This document shows, piece by piece, positions 48,977 to 58,856 of a DNA stretch of 64,000 nucleotides. The position numbers and the translations under genes were made by a program. Position 1 is the stretch's first letter. Each line of letters starts with the position of its first letter. The stretch covers positions 608,001-672,000 of the forward strand of contig CBDCGL010000011.1 in assembly GCA_965216755.1 (NCBI GenBank), in the 5' to 3' direction. Source of the DNA: Alphaproteobacteria bacterium. GTDB lineage: Bacteria > Pseudomonadota > Alphaproteobacteria > UBA7887. The notes under the pieces were generated by a model that was not told where the DNA came from, ran no database searches, and worked only from the letters and a program-made list of their open reading frames with translations.

Positions 48977-50386
48977 TCAACGTCGATGGCCGTCGGCCTC
49001 GTCACTGGACAGCAACCCGCTAAATGCCTCGGTCAAGTCTTCGACCAACGCATCCCGACCTGACTCGTCGACCGGTTGGCGGCCCCCGTTCGACAACGTT
49101 GACCAGTCTCGGCGGCCGCGTGCCCGCTTGAGTAGCGAAGACACAACGGCGGGTCGTTCGCCGGGTTCGCGTGTTGTTTGCCGCACCGGTTCTTGAGCGC
49201 CATGGCCGCGACCGAGCAGGGCGCCAATTAGTGCCAGTTCACGCGAAATCATGACCTGGAGCGTTGAATCGGCCACAGTCATATCCGCATAGCCGCGGGC
49301 CAAGTCCAAAAGTCGCCCGCCATATCGCCGGAGGCCGTCGAAGACGACGCCGACGGTGGCCCCGGCAAGGGCCGCGGCGCCCAACGTTAAACCGCCCGTG
49401 ACCAAATCGATGGCCAGCCCGGCTGTTGCCCCCGTTGCGGCGGCTTTGGTGGTCTCGGCGCCAAGTCGCGCCAAAGTGGCCGGATCGAACAGATCTTGTT
49501 GCCAGGCCCCCTGCGCAAAGGGCAGCGCGTCCGAGACATAATCTGCTTCCGAGAAACGATGTAGGCGCAACAATGCCTGGACGGTACTTTGTTCGCGCTG
49601 ACGCACGTTCGCCTTCAATCGCTCCGCGGCCTGGTTCTCAGCCGGTTTGTCTTCGGCCGGGTAACTCAGCCGCGCCGCGGCGACATCAACAGTCAATTCG
49701 GCCAGGATGCGCGCGGATGCGCGTCTGAGTGCGGCGCGGGCCGCGGTAAGTTCGGCAATAAGTGCGTTCAGTATTGGGGCGAAGCGATCGGCGAGGGTCG
49801 CGATCTTGGCGTATAGGGCCAGTTCGTCCGCCTCGCGATAAACTACGGTATCAAATGGCACGACGGCGTGCATGTTGACACGCGCCAGCTGCGCGCGCCA
49901 CGCATCGGATTGGTTGGTATCGGCCGCAATGAAATTCAGAACCGGCAACACCGGTTTGCCGCAGCGCCCGAGTAGCTCAAGTTCGTCGCGATGTTTCGCA
50001 CGCACCGGATCACGCGCGTCAATCACGTAGAGCAGCACATCCGACGCCAGCACTTGGTTCAAGGCTTTTGCTTCCTGCCCAAACAGGCCGTGCAGCGATG
50101 GGTCGCCAGCAAAAGCTTGCAATGTCTCGATCCAGTCCTCCCGGCGGTTGGCTTTGAGGGTCTCGATATGGACCAACAGGCCGCTCGAATCCTCGAATCC
50201 CGGCGTATCGAAAAGGTGCATCACAGGGCGTCCGGCCACCGCCAGTTCCGCCATTTCGACATGGCGCGTGGTGGCCGGATGCGCAGATATTTGGCCGAAG
50301 TCGCGCCGCCGAGTCAGAGTGCGAAGCAAACTCGTTTTGCCAGTATTGGTGTGGCCGACGACAGCGATATCGGGGACCTCGCTCAT
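48977..50386 (-). CDS. Era/MMR-HSR1-like GTPase with DUF3482 domain
   Basis: G1 GHTNTGKTS, G2 TTRHVE, G3 DTPG, LYVIDAR; C-terminal glycine zipper. Confidence 0.88.
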   Translation of the reverse strand: MSEVPDIAVVGHTNTGKTSLLRTLTRRRDFGQISAHPATTRHVEMAELAVAGRPVMHLFDTPGFEDSSGLLVHIETLKANRREDWIETLQAFAGDPSLHGLFGQEAKALNQVLASDVLLYVIDARDPVRAKHRDELELLGRCGKPVLPVLNFIAADTNQSDAWRAQLARVNMHAVVPFDTVVYREADELALYAKIATLADRFAPILNALIAELTAARAALRRASARILAELTVDVAAARLSYPAEDKPAENQAAERLKANVRQREQSTVQALLRLHRFSEADYVSDALPFAQGAWQQDLFDPATLARLGAETTKAAATGATAGLAIDLVTGGLTLGAAALAGATVGVVFDGLRRYGGRLLDLARGYADMTVADSTLQVMISRELALIGALLGRGHGAQEPVRQTTREPGERPAVVSSLLKRARGRRDWSTLSNGGRQPVDESGRDALVEDLTEAFSGLLSSDEADGHRR

Positions 50387-51876
50387 GATCGGGTGCCAAA
50401 AAGCCGCGCATAGCGCTGTCGATCACTGGTGCCGAAGTTATCCAGATCGATCGCAACCATCCGCGTGCTATCAACGCCGGCAGCCTGCGCCGCGGCGACC
50501 CAATCCGCGGCCCGAATCCGAGCGTCTTGCGCGGACAAACGTCGATCAAGGCCGTTGGCACCTGTGAAAAGGACCGCTACGCGGTCGTCGGCGGCTGTGT
50601 TCAAGGCGGCGAGGGCCGCGGTCACGCCCCGGTCAGGCGTAGCCCGCAAATCAACGACAACGACCAACCGCGCCATCGGTTTGACGGCCCGTTCCACTTT
50701 CTGCCGCGCCCATTCTAGGTCGGCATGGCTATCGCGACAGCCAAGGTCATGCACCATCTCCGGCGTATCGGGCGGCGGCCAGCCAATCGCTGGCGGGTCG
50801 AGTTCCCAACCGAGCAGATAGAATTCGCCCGGTGGCGGCGGTGGCGCCGGCCGATCAAGGTCAGGAACGGTATCCAGGTACGTCCTTTGGTCGGTGTCAC
50901 CGTCGACGACGCGTATATCGGTCGCGATCGGCGCAAGCTGCGCCTTCAATTGCGCATAGAACGGAAGATGCATGTCGAGCGGGGTATTCGCGCCACGATA
51001 CAGCGCATACGCCAGGGACGCCACCAGCGCCAGTGTGCGTGGAGCAAGTCCATAGAGGCCAATCGACCCGACGAGCAACGAAGACCACAGGATTTCGTTG
51101 GCGCGTTCCTTCGACCCAGGCCACTCAGCGGCCAGCACGGCCGCCGTGTCCGGGACCGAGACACCCAGCCAGCCCGGCAACGCCGCCAACACGCCGGTCA
51201 GCCAGATATATGAATCAGCGTCGAGGATCGTTGTTTCCCAAACGAATATGTACCTCTGCAAGCCGAGCATAACCACTGACATGGCGAGGACTCCGAGAAG
51301 ATAGCCCAACCAAAACCAATGACTGAGAGCTGCGGTCAGCCAACGGCCCGCATTGCTTTGCCGCCAGCGAGTCGCCTGTGCTTCCAGTGCCGCTCTTCGG
51401 TGCTGCGTATCGCCGAACCGCGTCGTCAGATAGCGCCAAAGCGACATGACGGTCGAACCGAGAAAACCACCCCGCGTCGCGCCGGGGGCAGCGATCATCA
51501 ACAACAGCCAGACGATGAAGCTGATTGCGTGCAGCCCAAGAAGGCTCGTCAACAACCAGAAAAAATTGACCGTCGTCCCATCGCCGCTGCCAAACGCCGT
51601 GCGGGTGGTCGCGCCGCCCGCGATGACGGCGAAGATAAAGCCGGCGACGGTCAAGCCGCGCATCACCGTGCGTTGGCGCGATATCTCGTCGGCCAATTCC
51701 GCTGCGGCAGAGTGGGTCTTCGCATAGACGATGATCTTGGCTTCGACATTGCCCGGCGTGGCGCGCCCGGCATCCAATGCGACGTTGCTGCGAACCGACC
51801 GCGGCGTCTCGGTGGCGACCTCGTAGCACCGTATAGATTCTGCCAGCAGCCGATCCGCCGCACGCACTCGCGCCAT
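50383..51876 (-). CDS. DUF2868-family membrane protein
   Basis: VNFFW.L..LLG.H, H..WL..L.G, RY.F.WETTIL, YGL.PR, PDRG; ATGA overlap with the GTPase gene. Confidence 0.85.
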   Translation of the reverse strand: MARVRAADRLLAESIRCYEVATETPRSVRSNVALDAGRATPGNVEAKIIVYAKTHSAAAELADEISRQRTVMRGLTVAGFIFAVIAGGATTRTAFGSGDGTTVNFFWLLTSLLGLHAISFIVWLLLMIAAPGATRGGFLGSTVMSLWRYLTTRFGDTQHRRAALEAQATRWRQSNAGRWLTAALSHWFWLGYLLGVLAMSVVMLGLQRYIFVWETTILDADSYIWLTGVLAALPGWLGVSVPDTAAVLAAEWPGSKERANEILWSSLLVGSIGLYGLAPRTLALVASLAYALYRGANTPLDMHLPFYAQLKAQLAPIATDIRVVDGDTDQRTYLDTVPDLDRPAPPPPPGEFYLLGWELDPPAIGWPPPDTPEMVHDLGCRDSHADLEWARQKVERAVKPMARLVVVVDLRATPDRGVTAALAALNTAADDRVAVLFTGANGLDRRLSAQDARIRAADWVAAAQAAGVDSTRMVAIDLDNFGTSDRQRYARLFGTRS

Positions 51877-52120
51877 ACCCGATTACAATTCCATTGTGTG
51901 GGTCGCCGTTTCGCGTGGTCTTTATACCAATGACCGGCCGAAACGACTCATGGTAAGGGAGGTTTACACTATTCGATCGACAAAATTCGATACCGGTCAC
52001 GTGTTATTTGTAGTTCGCCGTGCGTGCGGTGTCTCGACCCGGATACAACAATCAACTTGACAAGAGTGCATGATAAGCCGTCCTTGAAAGGATTGTGCTT
52101 AATTGGTCGAGGTGCGCGAA

Positions 52121-52804
52121 ATGGCGGAAACGAAACTGGTGGACGGAGATCAAAACGCCAGCCCGACAAGCTTGACGGAGACCGCCTATCAGCAGATTGA
52201 GGAAATGATCGTCACTCTCAAGATCGAACCGGGTACCGTGGTCTCGGAAGCCGTCTTGGCCAATCAATTGGGCTTCAGTCGGACACCGGTTCGTGAAGCA
52301 CTGCAACGATTAGCGCGCGAGGGGTTGGTTCGTGTGATGCCGCGTCGCGGGTTGTTGGTGACTGAAATCGAGGTCGGCAAACAGCTTCGCATGTTGGAAG
52401 TACGGCGTGAAATTGAGCGGCTATTGGCGCGCTTGGCGGCGCGTCAAAGAAATGACGCAGAGCGTCGCGCGTTTGAAGCCATTGCCAGAGACATGGCGGG
52501 TGCCGGTGACGGTCAAGATCCAGACGCGTTCACGCGCGCGGACCGGGCACTAAACGGGCTGATAATCCGGGCGGCACGGAATGAGTTCGCGGCGGAGGCG
52601 ATGACGCTGCTGCAAGGTCTGTCGCGCCGATTTTGGTATAAGTTTTATCAACAGCATGCAGGGGTCGCCGAGTCTGCGGCTCTGCACAGCGCGCTCGCCT
52701 TGGCAATCGCTTCAGGTGACCAAGACGCGGCCGCCGCGGCGAGCGATTCCTTGCTGGACTATGTCCAGACATTTACCAGGGCAACATTGGAAAGTGGCGT
52801 ATAG
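52121..52804 (+). CDS. GntR-family regulator (FCD domain)
   Basis: SE..LA..LGFSRTPVREALQRL..EGLV...PRRG. Confidence 0.93.
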   Translation: MAETKLVDGDQNASPTSLTETAYQQIEEMIVTLKIEPGTVVSEAVLANQLGFSRTPVREALQRLAREGLVRVMPRRGLLVTEIEVGKQLRMLEVRREIERLLARLAARQRNDAERRAFEAIARDMAGAGDGQDPDAFTRADRALNGLIIRAARNEFAAEAMTLLQGLSRRFWYKFYQQHAGVAESAALHSALALAIASGDQDAAAAASDSLLDYVQTFTRATLESGV

Positions 52805-53016
52805 CCATGACGTGGGAGGTTTAGCGCATTTTCCGACCATATTGATTAGTTCTGTGGGCGCCCGCCGGTCGCCGCCCCCCAGGGTCGGGGGCCGTTCCGC
52901 CGATCTCGGGATTGTGGTCTTTGACCGCACGCCCGATACGCCCTGCGGACTGCGACTTGATTATGGCTGAAATGCGCTTTGGCAAAGTGGTTTAATACGA
53001 TCGGAAGGTGCGCTAA

Positions 53017-54015
53017 ATGCCAATCGGTAATCACAAGCTCGAGTATGAAGTCCTCGAAGGATGGGAGCAGTTGCCCGAAGGCTGGTCTTTCGTCGAAGTG
53101 GCCGGGGTCGCGGTTGATTCGCAAGACCGCGTGTACGTATTCAACCGTGGTGCTCATCCAGTCATCGTCTTCGACAAGGATGGCGCATTTCTCAACGCGT
53201 GGGGTGAGGGCGTGTTCAGCAGCGCCCACGGGATTTTCATTGATCGCAACGATCACGTTTATTGCGCCGACAATTTCGACCATACGGTCCGCAAGTTCAC
53301 TGTCGATGGCAGCTTGCTTATGACCTTGGGTGAAGCCAACAAACCGTCGGATACCGGTTTTGAGATCGGCGCGAGCCCCGTACAGCGCGCGGCCGGACCG
53401 TTCAACATGGTCACCAATGTCGCGGTCGCGAAGAGCGGTGAAATGTTCATCTCTGACGGCTATGGCAACGCGCGTGTGCATCGATTTTCGGCCGATGGGC
53501 GGCTGATCGCGTCGTGGGGGGAGCCGGGGACCGGCCTGGGTCAATTCAATCTGCCGCACGCAATCGCGCTTGATAGCGCGGAGCGTGTCTATGTCGCTGA
53601 TCGCGAGAATTCGCGACTGCAAATCTTCTCCGGCAACGGCGATTTTTTGGCCTGTTGGGATTGGGTCAACCGCCCCGATGACATATTTATCGATGATCAG
53701 GACAATATCTATATCGCGGAACTGGGCTGGGTGGTGCCAGTGCCCGACCGACCTCATTTTCCGTTTATGAAACATCCGCCATGCGGGCATTCGCCGATAG
53801 CGCGCGTGACAATTTGCGACCCTGATGGAAACATCCAAGCGCAAGTTGGTGGCGAAGAGGCTTTGTTGCCGGGTAATTTCATTGTACCCCATGGCATTTG
53901 GGCGGATTCACGTGGCGACTTTTATGTTGGCGAAGTGGTCAAGGCGTCCGGCGCGATTGACCATTTCGCACCGTTGACGTGCCATGCTTTTCAGAAATTC
54001 ATCCGTGCCGGCTGA
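53017..54015 (+). CDS. NHL-repeat beta-propeller (peptidylamidoglycolate-lyase-like)
   Basis: AHGI, SDGYGNARVHRF, GQFNLPHAI, YVADRENSRLQIF, PHGI. Confidence 0.9.
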   Translation: MPIGNHKLEYEVLEGWEQLPEGWSFVEVAGVAVDSQDRVYVFNRGAHPVIVFDKDGAFLNAWGEGVFSSAHGIFIDRNDHVYCADNFDHTVRKFTVDGSLLMTLGEANKPSDTGFEIGASPVQRAAGPFNMVTNVAVAKSGEMFISDGYGNARVHRFSADGRLIASWGEPGTGLGQFNLPHAIALDSAERVYVADRENSRLQIFSGNGDFLACWDWVNRPDDIFIDDQDNIYIAELGWVVPVPDRPHFPFMKHPPCGHSPIARVTICDPDGNIQAQVGGEEALLPGNFIVPHGIWADSRGDFYVGEVVKASGAIDHFAPLTCHAFQKFIRAG

Positions 54016-54045
54016 CGCTGTCATGGTTCTTATGGGAGACGGACC

Positions 54046-55350
54046 ATGTCACCAGGTTGCGAAGAGCAAAAACACACAGCGGTCATTGTCAATCCCGGGC
54101 ATTTTCACGCGGCATTGACTCTGCGCCGTCGCCACACGCGACTGAATGACGATGTCTACGTGTTCGCCGAAGACGGACCCGAGCTTGAGAAATTTACGAC
54201 GATTGTCGACTCGTTCAACAACCGGCCAAATGATCCGACACAGTGGTCACTTCACATGTATCGCGGTGACGACTACCTCGATGCGCTCTTGGCGCGCAAA
54301 CCCGGCGATCTCGCCATTGTCGCCGGCAAAAATGACACCAAAATGGCCACTATCCATAGGTTGCATCAGGCCGGATTTCACGTGCTGGGCGACAAGCCGT
54401 GGCTGATAAACCCCGAAATGCTGCCGCTGCTGGACGATGTTCTCGCGGCGCCGCCGCTTGCCGGCGATATTATGACGGAACGCAATGAGGTCGGCACGCG
54501 CCTGCAAAAGGCGCTGATTTCCAGTCGCGATTTCTTTGGGGAATTTGCCGGCGATGGGGAGCGGCCGGCCATAGAGATGAAGAGCGTCCACCACTTGTAC
54601 AAGACCGTTAATGGCGTTCCCCTGCAGCGGCCACCTTGGTATTTCGATAGTGCCGTGCAAGGCGAAGGCATGTTTGACGTTACGACGCATCTTGTCGATT
54701 TGGCGTTTGGATTGACAAATGCTGGCGGGGTGGCGGCCGACGAACAGATTGTGCTGCACGCGGCGCGGCAATGGTCTGTTTCTGTTTCACCAGAATTGTT
54801 TGCCAAAGCAACTGGCCACACCGACTTTCCACCGGCGCTGGGCCAGAAATGTGACAATGGCGCCCTACACTACCCGTGCAATGCTTACCTAGGCTATGCA
54901 TTGGGCGGCGTTTCAATTGACCTCGAAGCCACTTGGGATTTGATCGAGCCGGAGGGCGGTGGAGACATACATGACGTAATTGCACGCGGCACGAGAGCCA
55001 ATGTATCGGTCGTGTTCGGTCCAGAAACTGGATTTGCGACGGCGGTCTTCGTGGACGACCACGCGTCCTCACCTCGGTTCGAGGCCAACCTCGAAGCGTT
55101 GGTTGCCGAACTCCAAACAACGTTTGCCGGATTGGCCTATGAACGTGTTGATCCAGGCCATCGGCGTTGGCGGTTCATTATTCCCGATGCGCTTCGCACC
55201 ACGCATGAGCAGCATTTTGCCATGGTTTTGGATCGATTCTTGTCGGCGGCTGATAGAAATCTATCGGGCAGGGCTACCGATCCCACGCTCTCAAGAAAAT
55301 ATCGATTGTTGGCTGAAGCGGCGATCATGGCAGCTCGGTCGCACGCCTAG
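54046..55350 (+). CDS. Gfo/Idh/MocA-related putative oxidoreductase
   Basis: PGHFHAAL, VLGDKPW, DIMTER, SVHHLYK.V.G..L.RP.WYFD...QGEG..DVTTHLVD, HE.HF. Confidence 0.82.
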   Translation: MSPGCEEQKHTAVIVNPGHFHAALTLRRRHTRLNDDVYVFAEDGPELEKFTTIVDSFNNRPNDPTQWSLHMYRGDDYLDALLARKPGDLAIVAGKNDTKMATIHRLHQAGFHVLGDKPWLINPEMLPLLDDVLAAPPLAGDIMTERNEVGTRLQKALISSRDFFGEFAGDGERPAIEMKSVHHLYKTVNGVPLQRPPWYFDSAVQGEGMFDVTTHLVDLAFGLTNAGGVAADEQIVLHAARQWSVSVSPELFAKATGHTDFPPALGQKCDNGALHYPCNAYLGYALGGVSIDLEATWDLIEPEGGGDIHDVIARGTRANVSVVFGPETGFATAVFVDDHASSPRFEANLEALVAELQTTFAGLAYERVDPGHRRWRFIIPDALRTTHEQHFAMVLDRFLSAADRNLSGRATDPTLSRKYRLLAEAAIMAARSHA

Positions 55351-55634
55351 ACTATCTTTTTTTGTTTGGGCCGATCGGCGCGGTGTGCGCGTTACCGCCG
55401 ACGCGATGTGGAAAGTGCGATTCCGGGATTATCGCTACCAATTGCGACATTCATCGCAGCATCGTTTGCGGGGCAATGGTACGGTTCCTGAGCAACGTTT
55501 GCGAACGATGTATAGGTACTATTGGCGCTAGCAAATATTGCCATTTAATGCGCGGTAAACATCGGCCTAGGCGCGATTTTTGATTTCATCTGTTGCGACG
55601 ACAGGCTAAATTCCGCCGAGGGGCCCGTAGCACA

Positions 55635-55832
55635 ATGAAAACCGACACTGCCACGACTATACCATGGCGGAAAGGCAGCTTACGGCTGGACGATACCGCC
55701 GGTTCACACGATCAAGTCGGCGGCAAACAGCTGTCGCCGCGGCGTAAGCTCCTAATTTTGTTGATGTTTGGTGCGGTGAGTTGGGTGCTGGTCTTGGTCG
55801 CGTTTTCGTGGGTGATAAGTGTGCTTTTCTAG
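55635..55832 (+). CDS. Small protein (65 aa) with a C-terminal TM helix
   Basis: GAGGG upstream of ATG; SPRRK followed by a long hydrophobic C-terminus. Confidence 0.55.
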   Translation: MKTDTATTIPWRKGSLRLDDTAGSHDQVGGKQLSPRRKLLILLMFGAVSWVLVLVAFSWVISVLF

Positions 55833-55962
55833 TCGCAGTCATGTGGCGAAGAACGCAATTTTAGCAAAAAATTACGCGTATCGTTTCCAATTTTCCCATA
55901 CACCGTGGTAGTTTTTACGTCACGCATATTGGACGCGGCACGGCGAGGCGATAGGACGCGGA

Positions 55963-57498
55963 ATGGCTGGACTGGAAAGACTGGCGCATGAGAGGTCTGT
56001 GGATCTTGGCATGGCGTCGGGCGGGAGCGTTTCCGGCCCAGGCCTGCGTTTGGCGTCGGATGGATCGGCGGCAACGGTCGTTGGCCGTAGGCGCCGGTTT
56101 CGGGAGCGTTATTGGGGCGGTGCCGTGATGCTGTTGGCGGATGTTGCGGCGATGCAACTGGCGCTACAGCTGGGTATACAGACACGTTTGGCATTGACCT
56201 GGATGTGGCCGGTGGAGCTTGGCTGGAGCACGGTATCAGGGATGCATGTGGCGGTGGTGGCGGTTCCAGTGATCCTGTGGATGATGGGATTGACACCGGG
56301 CTATGGCGTGGGGCCCGTGGAGCGTATTCGCCGGCGTTTTTATGTGACGTTGTTTGTGTTTTCCTGTTTTTTCGCGTGGGACTATTTTCTGCAAGGGAAC
56401 AGTTGGTCGCGTGGTGTCTTGATCGCGACGTTGGTGATTGCGGCGATATTGCTACCGGTAATGGAAGCGGCTGTGCGTCACATATTGATCCGTCTTGGCG
56501 CATGGGGTGTGCCGGTGCTGTTGATTGTGAACGAGCGGTCACGTCCAGAGCTGTTGGAGAAGATCAGCGGCAATCCGACGGTGGGATTGGTGCCTGTGGG
56601 ATTGATGGTGGAAGACGGTGCGGCGGTTCCGGTGGGATTTGACGCACTGCCGGTTGTTGGCACGACGGCGACGGCGGATGAATTGCGTTGGAAAGTGCGT
56701 TCAGCGATTTTGGATTTGCCGGATCGGACGCCGGAACGGTTGGCGAGTCTGATATCGCGTTTGCCGTTTGAAAAGGTATTTATGGTGCCGGCGTTGCATG
56801 GTTTGCAAAGTCTGTGCATTACGACGCGGGATTTGGGGGGATTGTTGGCGTTACAGGTCGACAACAATCTGCGCCAGCGTCACAATTTGATCATGAAGAC
56901 GGTTCTTGACTATACGTTAGGGATAATAGCGTTTTTGTTTAGTTTACCATTGATGTTGTTGTGTGTTTTGGCCATCCGTTGCGTTGAATCGGGATCGCCT
57001 TTTTATGGTCAGATGCGGGAAGGGTTAAACGGCAAGCCGTTTCGCATGTGGAAGCTGCGGACGATGTATCGGGATGCGGATGCGCGCTTGGAACAGCATT
57101 TACAGCAGAGCCCGGCGGCGCGCGCGGAATGGAACCGATATATGAAGCTGCGCGACGATCCGCGTGTATTGCCAATTGTCGGCGACTTGTTGCGCAAAAC
57201 GAGTTTGGATGAATTGCCGCAATTGTGGAATGTGCTGCGTGGCGAGATGAGCCTGGTCGGTCCGCGCCCGTTTCCGGATTATCACTTGCGGCGATTTGAT
57301 GCGACGTTTCGGGAGTTTCGATGCCAGGTCAAACCGGGTCTGACGGGCCTGTGGCAAGTGAGCGCGCGCAGCGACGGCGATTTGACAGTGCAACAAGATT
57401 TGGACACCTATTTCATTCGCAACTGGTCGGTGTGGTTGGATCTGTACCTGCTGTTTCGCACTGTTACAGCCGTGTCCAGCCGCCGCGGCGCCCGGTAA
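55963..57498 (+). CDS. wbaP: Undecaprenyl-phosphate sugar phosphotransferase (WbaP type)
   Basis: Four N-terminal TM helices; KLRTM, KLRDDPRV, LRKTSLDELPQLWNVL.GEMSLVGPRP, KPGLTGLWQVS, YFIRNWS; start uncertain. Confidence 0.9.
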   Translation: MAGLERLAHERSVDLGMASGGSVSGPGLRLASDGSAATVVGRRRRFRERYWGGAVMLLADVAAMQLALQLGIQTRLALTWMWPVELGWSTVSGMHVAVVAVPVILWMMGLTPGYGVGPVERIRRRFYVTLFVFSCFFAWDYFLQGNSWSRGVLIATLVIAAILLPVMEAAVRHILIRLGAWGVPVLLIVNERSRPELLEKISGNPTVGLVPVGLMVEDGAAVPVGFDALPVVGTTATADELRWKVRSAILDLPDRTPERLASLISRLPFEKVFMVPALHGLQSLCITTRDLGGLLALQVDNNLRQRHNLIMKTVLDYTLGIIAFLFSLPLMLLCVLAIRCVESGSPFYGQMREGLNGKPFRMWKLRTMYRDADARLEQHLQQSPAARAEWNRYMKLRDDPRVLPIVGDLLRKTSLDELPQLWNVLRGEMSLVGPRPFPDYHLRRFDATFREFRCQVKPGLTGLWQVSARSDGDLTVQQDLDTYFIRNWSVWLDLYLLFRTVTAVSSRRGAR

Positions 57499-57769
57499 CA
57501 ATTCGCGGCCTTCCATACAATTCCCCGCGCGGCGGTTCCATTAGACGAACCATTTTTTGTATGCTTTTAAAACACCCTAGGATTTGCGACATCATGCGCG
57601 GGCGGAAAGCGCTCTAGGTTGCGACGCAGCGTGATTTGTCCGATCAGCTGGACATCGACATGCAAACCTCACGCGAAGACACGTGCAGCCGAGATCGGCG
57701 CCCGCCTTCGCTGTCGCTGGCGCGCGTGCCGCGTTAGTCGACGAATGTCTTGTGCTGGCGCAAGCGGAT

Positions 57770-58732
57770 CTAAGGCAGTAGACGCTTTACGCGAATGGCG
57801 CGTCCGGCAAGGATCCGGTAGATGTTGCGCAACGAGTCGGGCATGGCTAACAAAAATAGACCGCGCGCCGTCAATGAGTCAGACCGCCAAAGATCCCGGA
57901 CGATCGCGGCGCACGTGGTCAGGCGTCCTTTGTGCAAAGCTTGCTGAAATCCGTGCCGCTTGGTCCACGTGACAATTCCGCGACGGAACGCATCATAGGT
58001 AGCTTGGCCGCTTTCTCGAACGATCGTACTGGACCATTTTTCGCTAAACAGTTCAAATGACGCCAAGCGTTCCTCGGCCGACGTTGTCAGGCGCGCCAGG
58101 TCTTGGTTGCGATTGATGACCACAAGGCGGTCCGGCATTTCCATAAGAGCGCAGTGTTCGGACAACCGAAGCCAGAAATCGAGATCCTCGAAATTGGCAA
58201 AACGTTCATCGAATAGGATGTCGAATTTTTCGATGTAGCAACGCTTGATCAAAGCTGCCGGCATGGTCGGGGTCCATCCCGAAAGTAGGCGCTGCCGCAC
58301 ATCGGCTTGATCGATTTGCTTTTCGCGGGGGACAAACAAACAGGGCCAGGGGTCATGACGTAGGTAGGCGTGGCAATACACAGCCCCAACATCGGCCGCC
58401 GCGTCACGTATGCGGTCAAATTGGGATTCGAGCTTCCCCGGAAGATATTCATCGTCAGAGTCAAGAAACGCGATATATGGCGCGGTCGCGAGCGCAATAC
58501 CAACGTTCCGAGCCTTGGCCGGTCCGCAATTTGTGGCCAATCGATGATAAATGAATTGTGGCTGCGGGTAAGACTTTACGATATCGGCCGTGTCGTCGTC
58601 CGACCCATCGTCAACGACGATGGTTTGAAAATCCTGAAATGTTTGTCCGACCAAGCTACTGAGCGCGCGATTTAGAATACGCGCGCGATTGTAAGTTGGA
58701 ATAATAACGTCGATGCTCGGGCTAGGTGACAT
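57770..58732 (-). CDS. Glycosyltransferase family 2
   Basis: VIIPTYNR, VVDDGSDD, ARNVGI, FLDSDD, EDLDFWLR. Confidence 0.93.
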   Translation of the reverse strand: MSPSPSIDVIIPTYNRARILNRALSSLVGQTFQDFQTIVVDDGSDDDTADIVKSYPQPQFIYHRLATNCGPAKARNVGIALATAPYIAFLDSDDEYLPGKLESQFDRIRDAAADVGAVYCHAYLRHDPWPCLFVPREKQIDQADVRQRLLSGWTPTMPAALIKRCYIEKFDILFDERFANFEDLDFWLRLSEHCALMEMPDRLVVINRNQDLARLTTSAEERLASFELFSEKWSSTIVRESGQATYDAFRRGIVTWTKRHGFQQALHKGRLTTCAAIVRDLWRSDSLTARGLFLLAMPDSLRNIYRILAGRAIRVKRLLP

Positions 58733-58755
58733 CGCGGAACATGTGGCGTCTAATT

Positions 58756-58856
58756 CGATCTTCGTTCAAACGGATTCGTTCGAACGAAGCCAAATTGATC
58801 GGTATCCAACAGATAGAACATATCACACGAACGCATGTGAGCATGACATGCTCTAG
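58756..58856. repeat. Two-hairpin intergenic repeat ending in GCTCTAG (Bru-RS/RIME/CIR-like architecture)
   Basis: CTTCGTTCAAACG-GATT-CGTTCGAACGAAG; spacer CAACAGA; TAGAACATATCA...TGACATGCTCTA. Confidence 0.7.

Noticed and set aside
57499-57769. 270-bp gap between convergent wbaP and GT2, with GCTCTAG at 57611-57617 and a short CTAGG..TTGCGAC repeat
   Set aside because: No matching opposite terminus or long stem found; insufficient evidence for an element or gene
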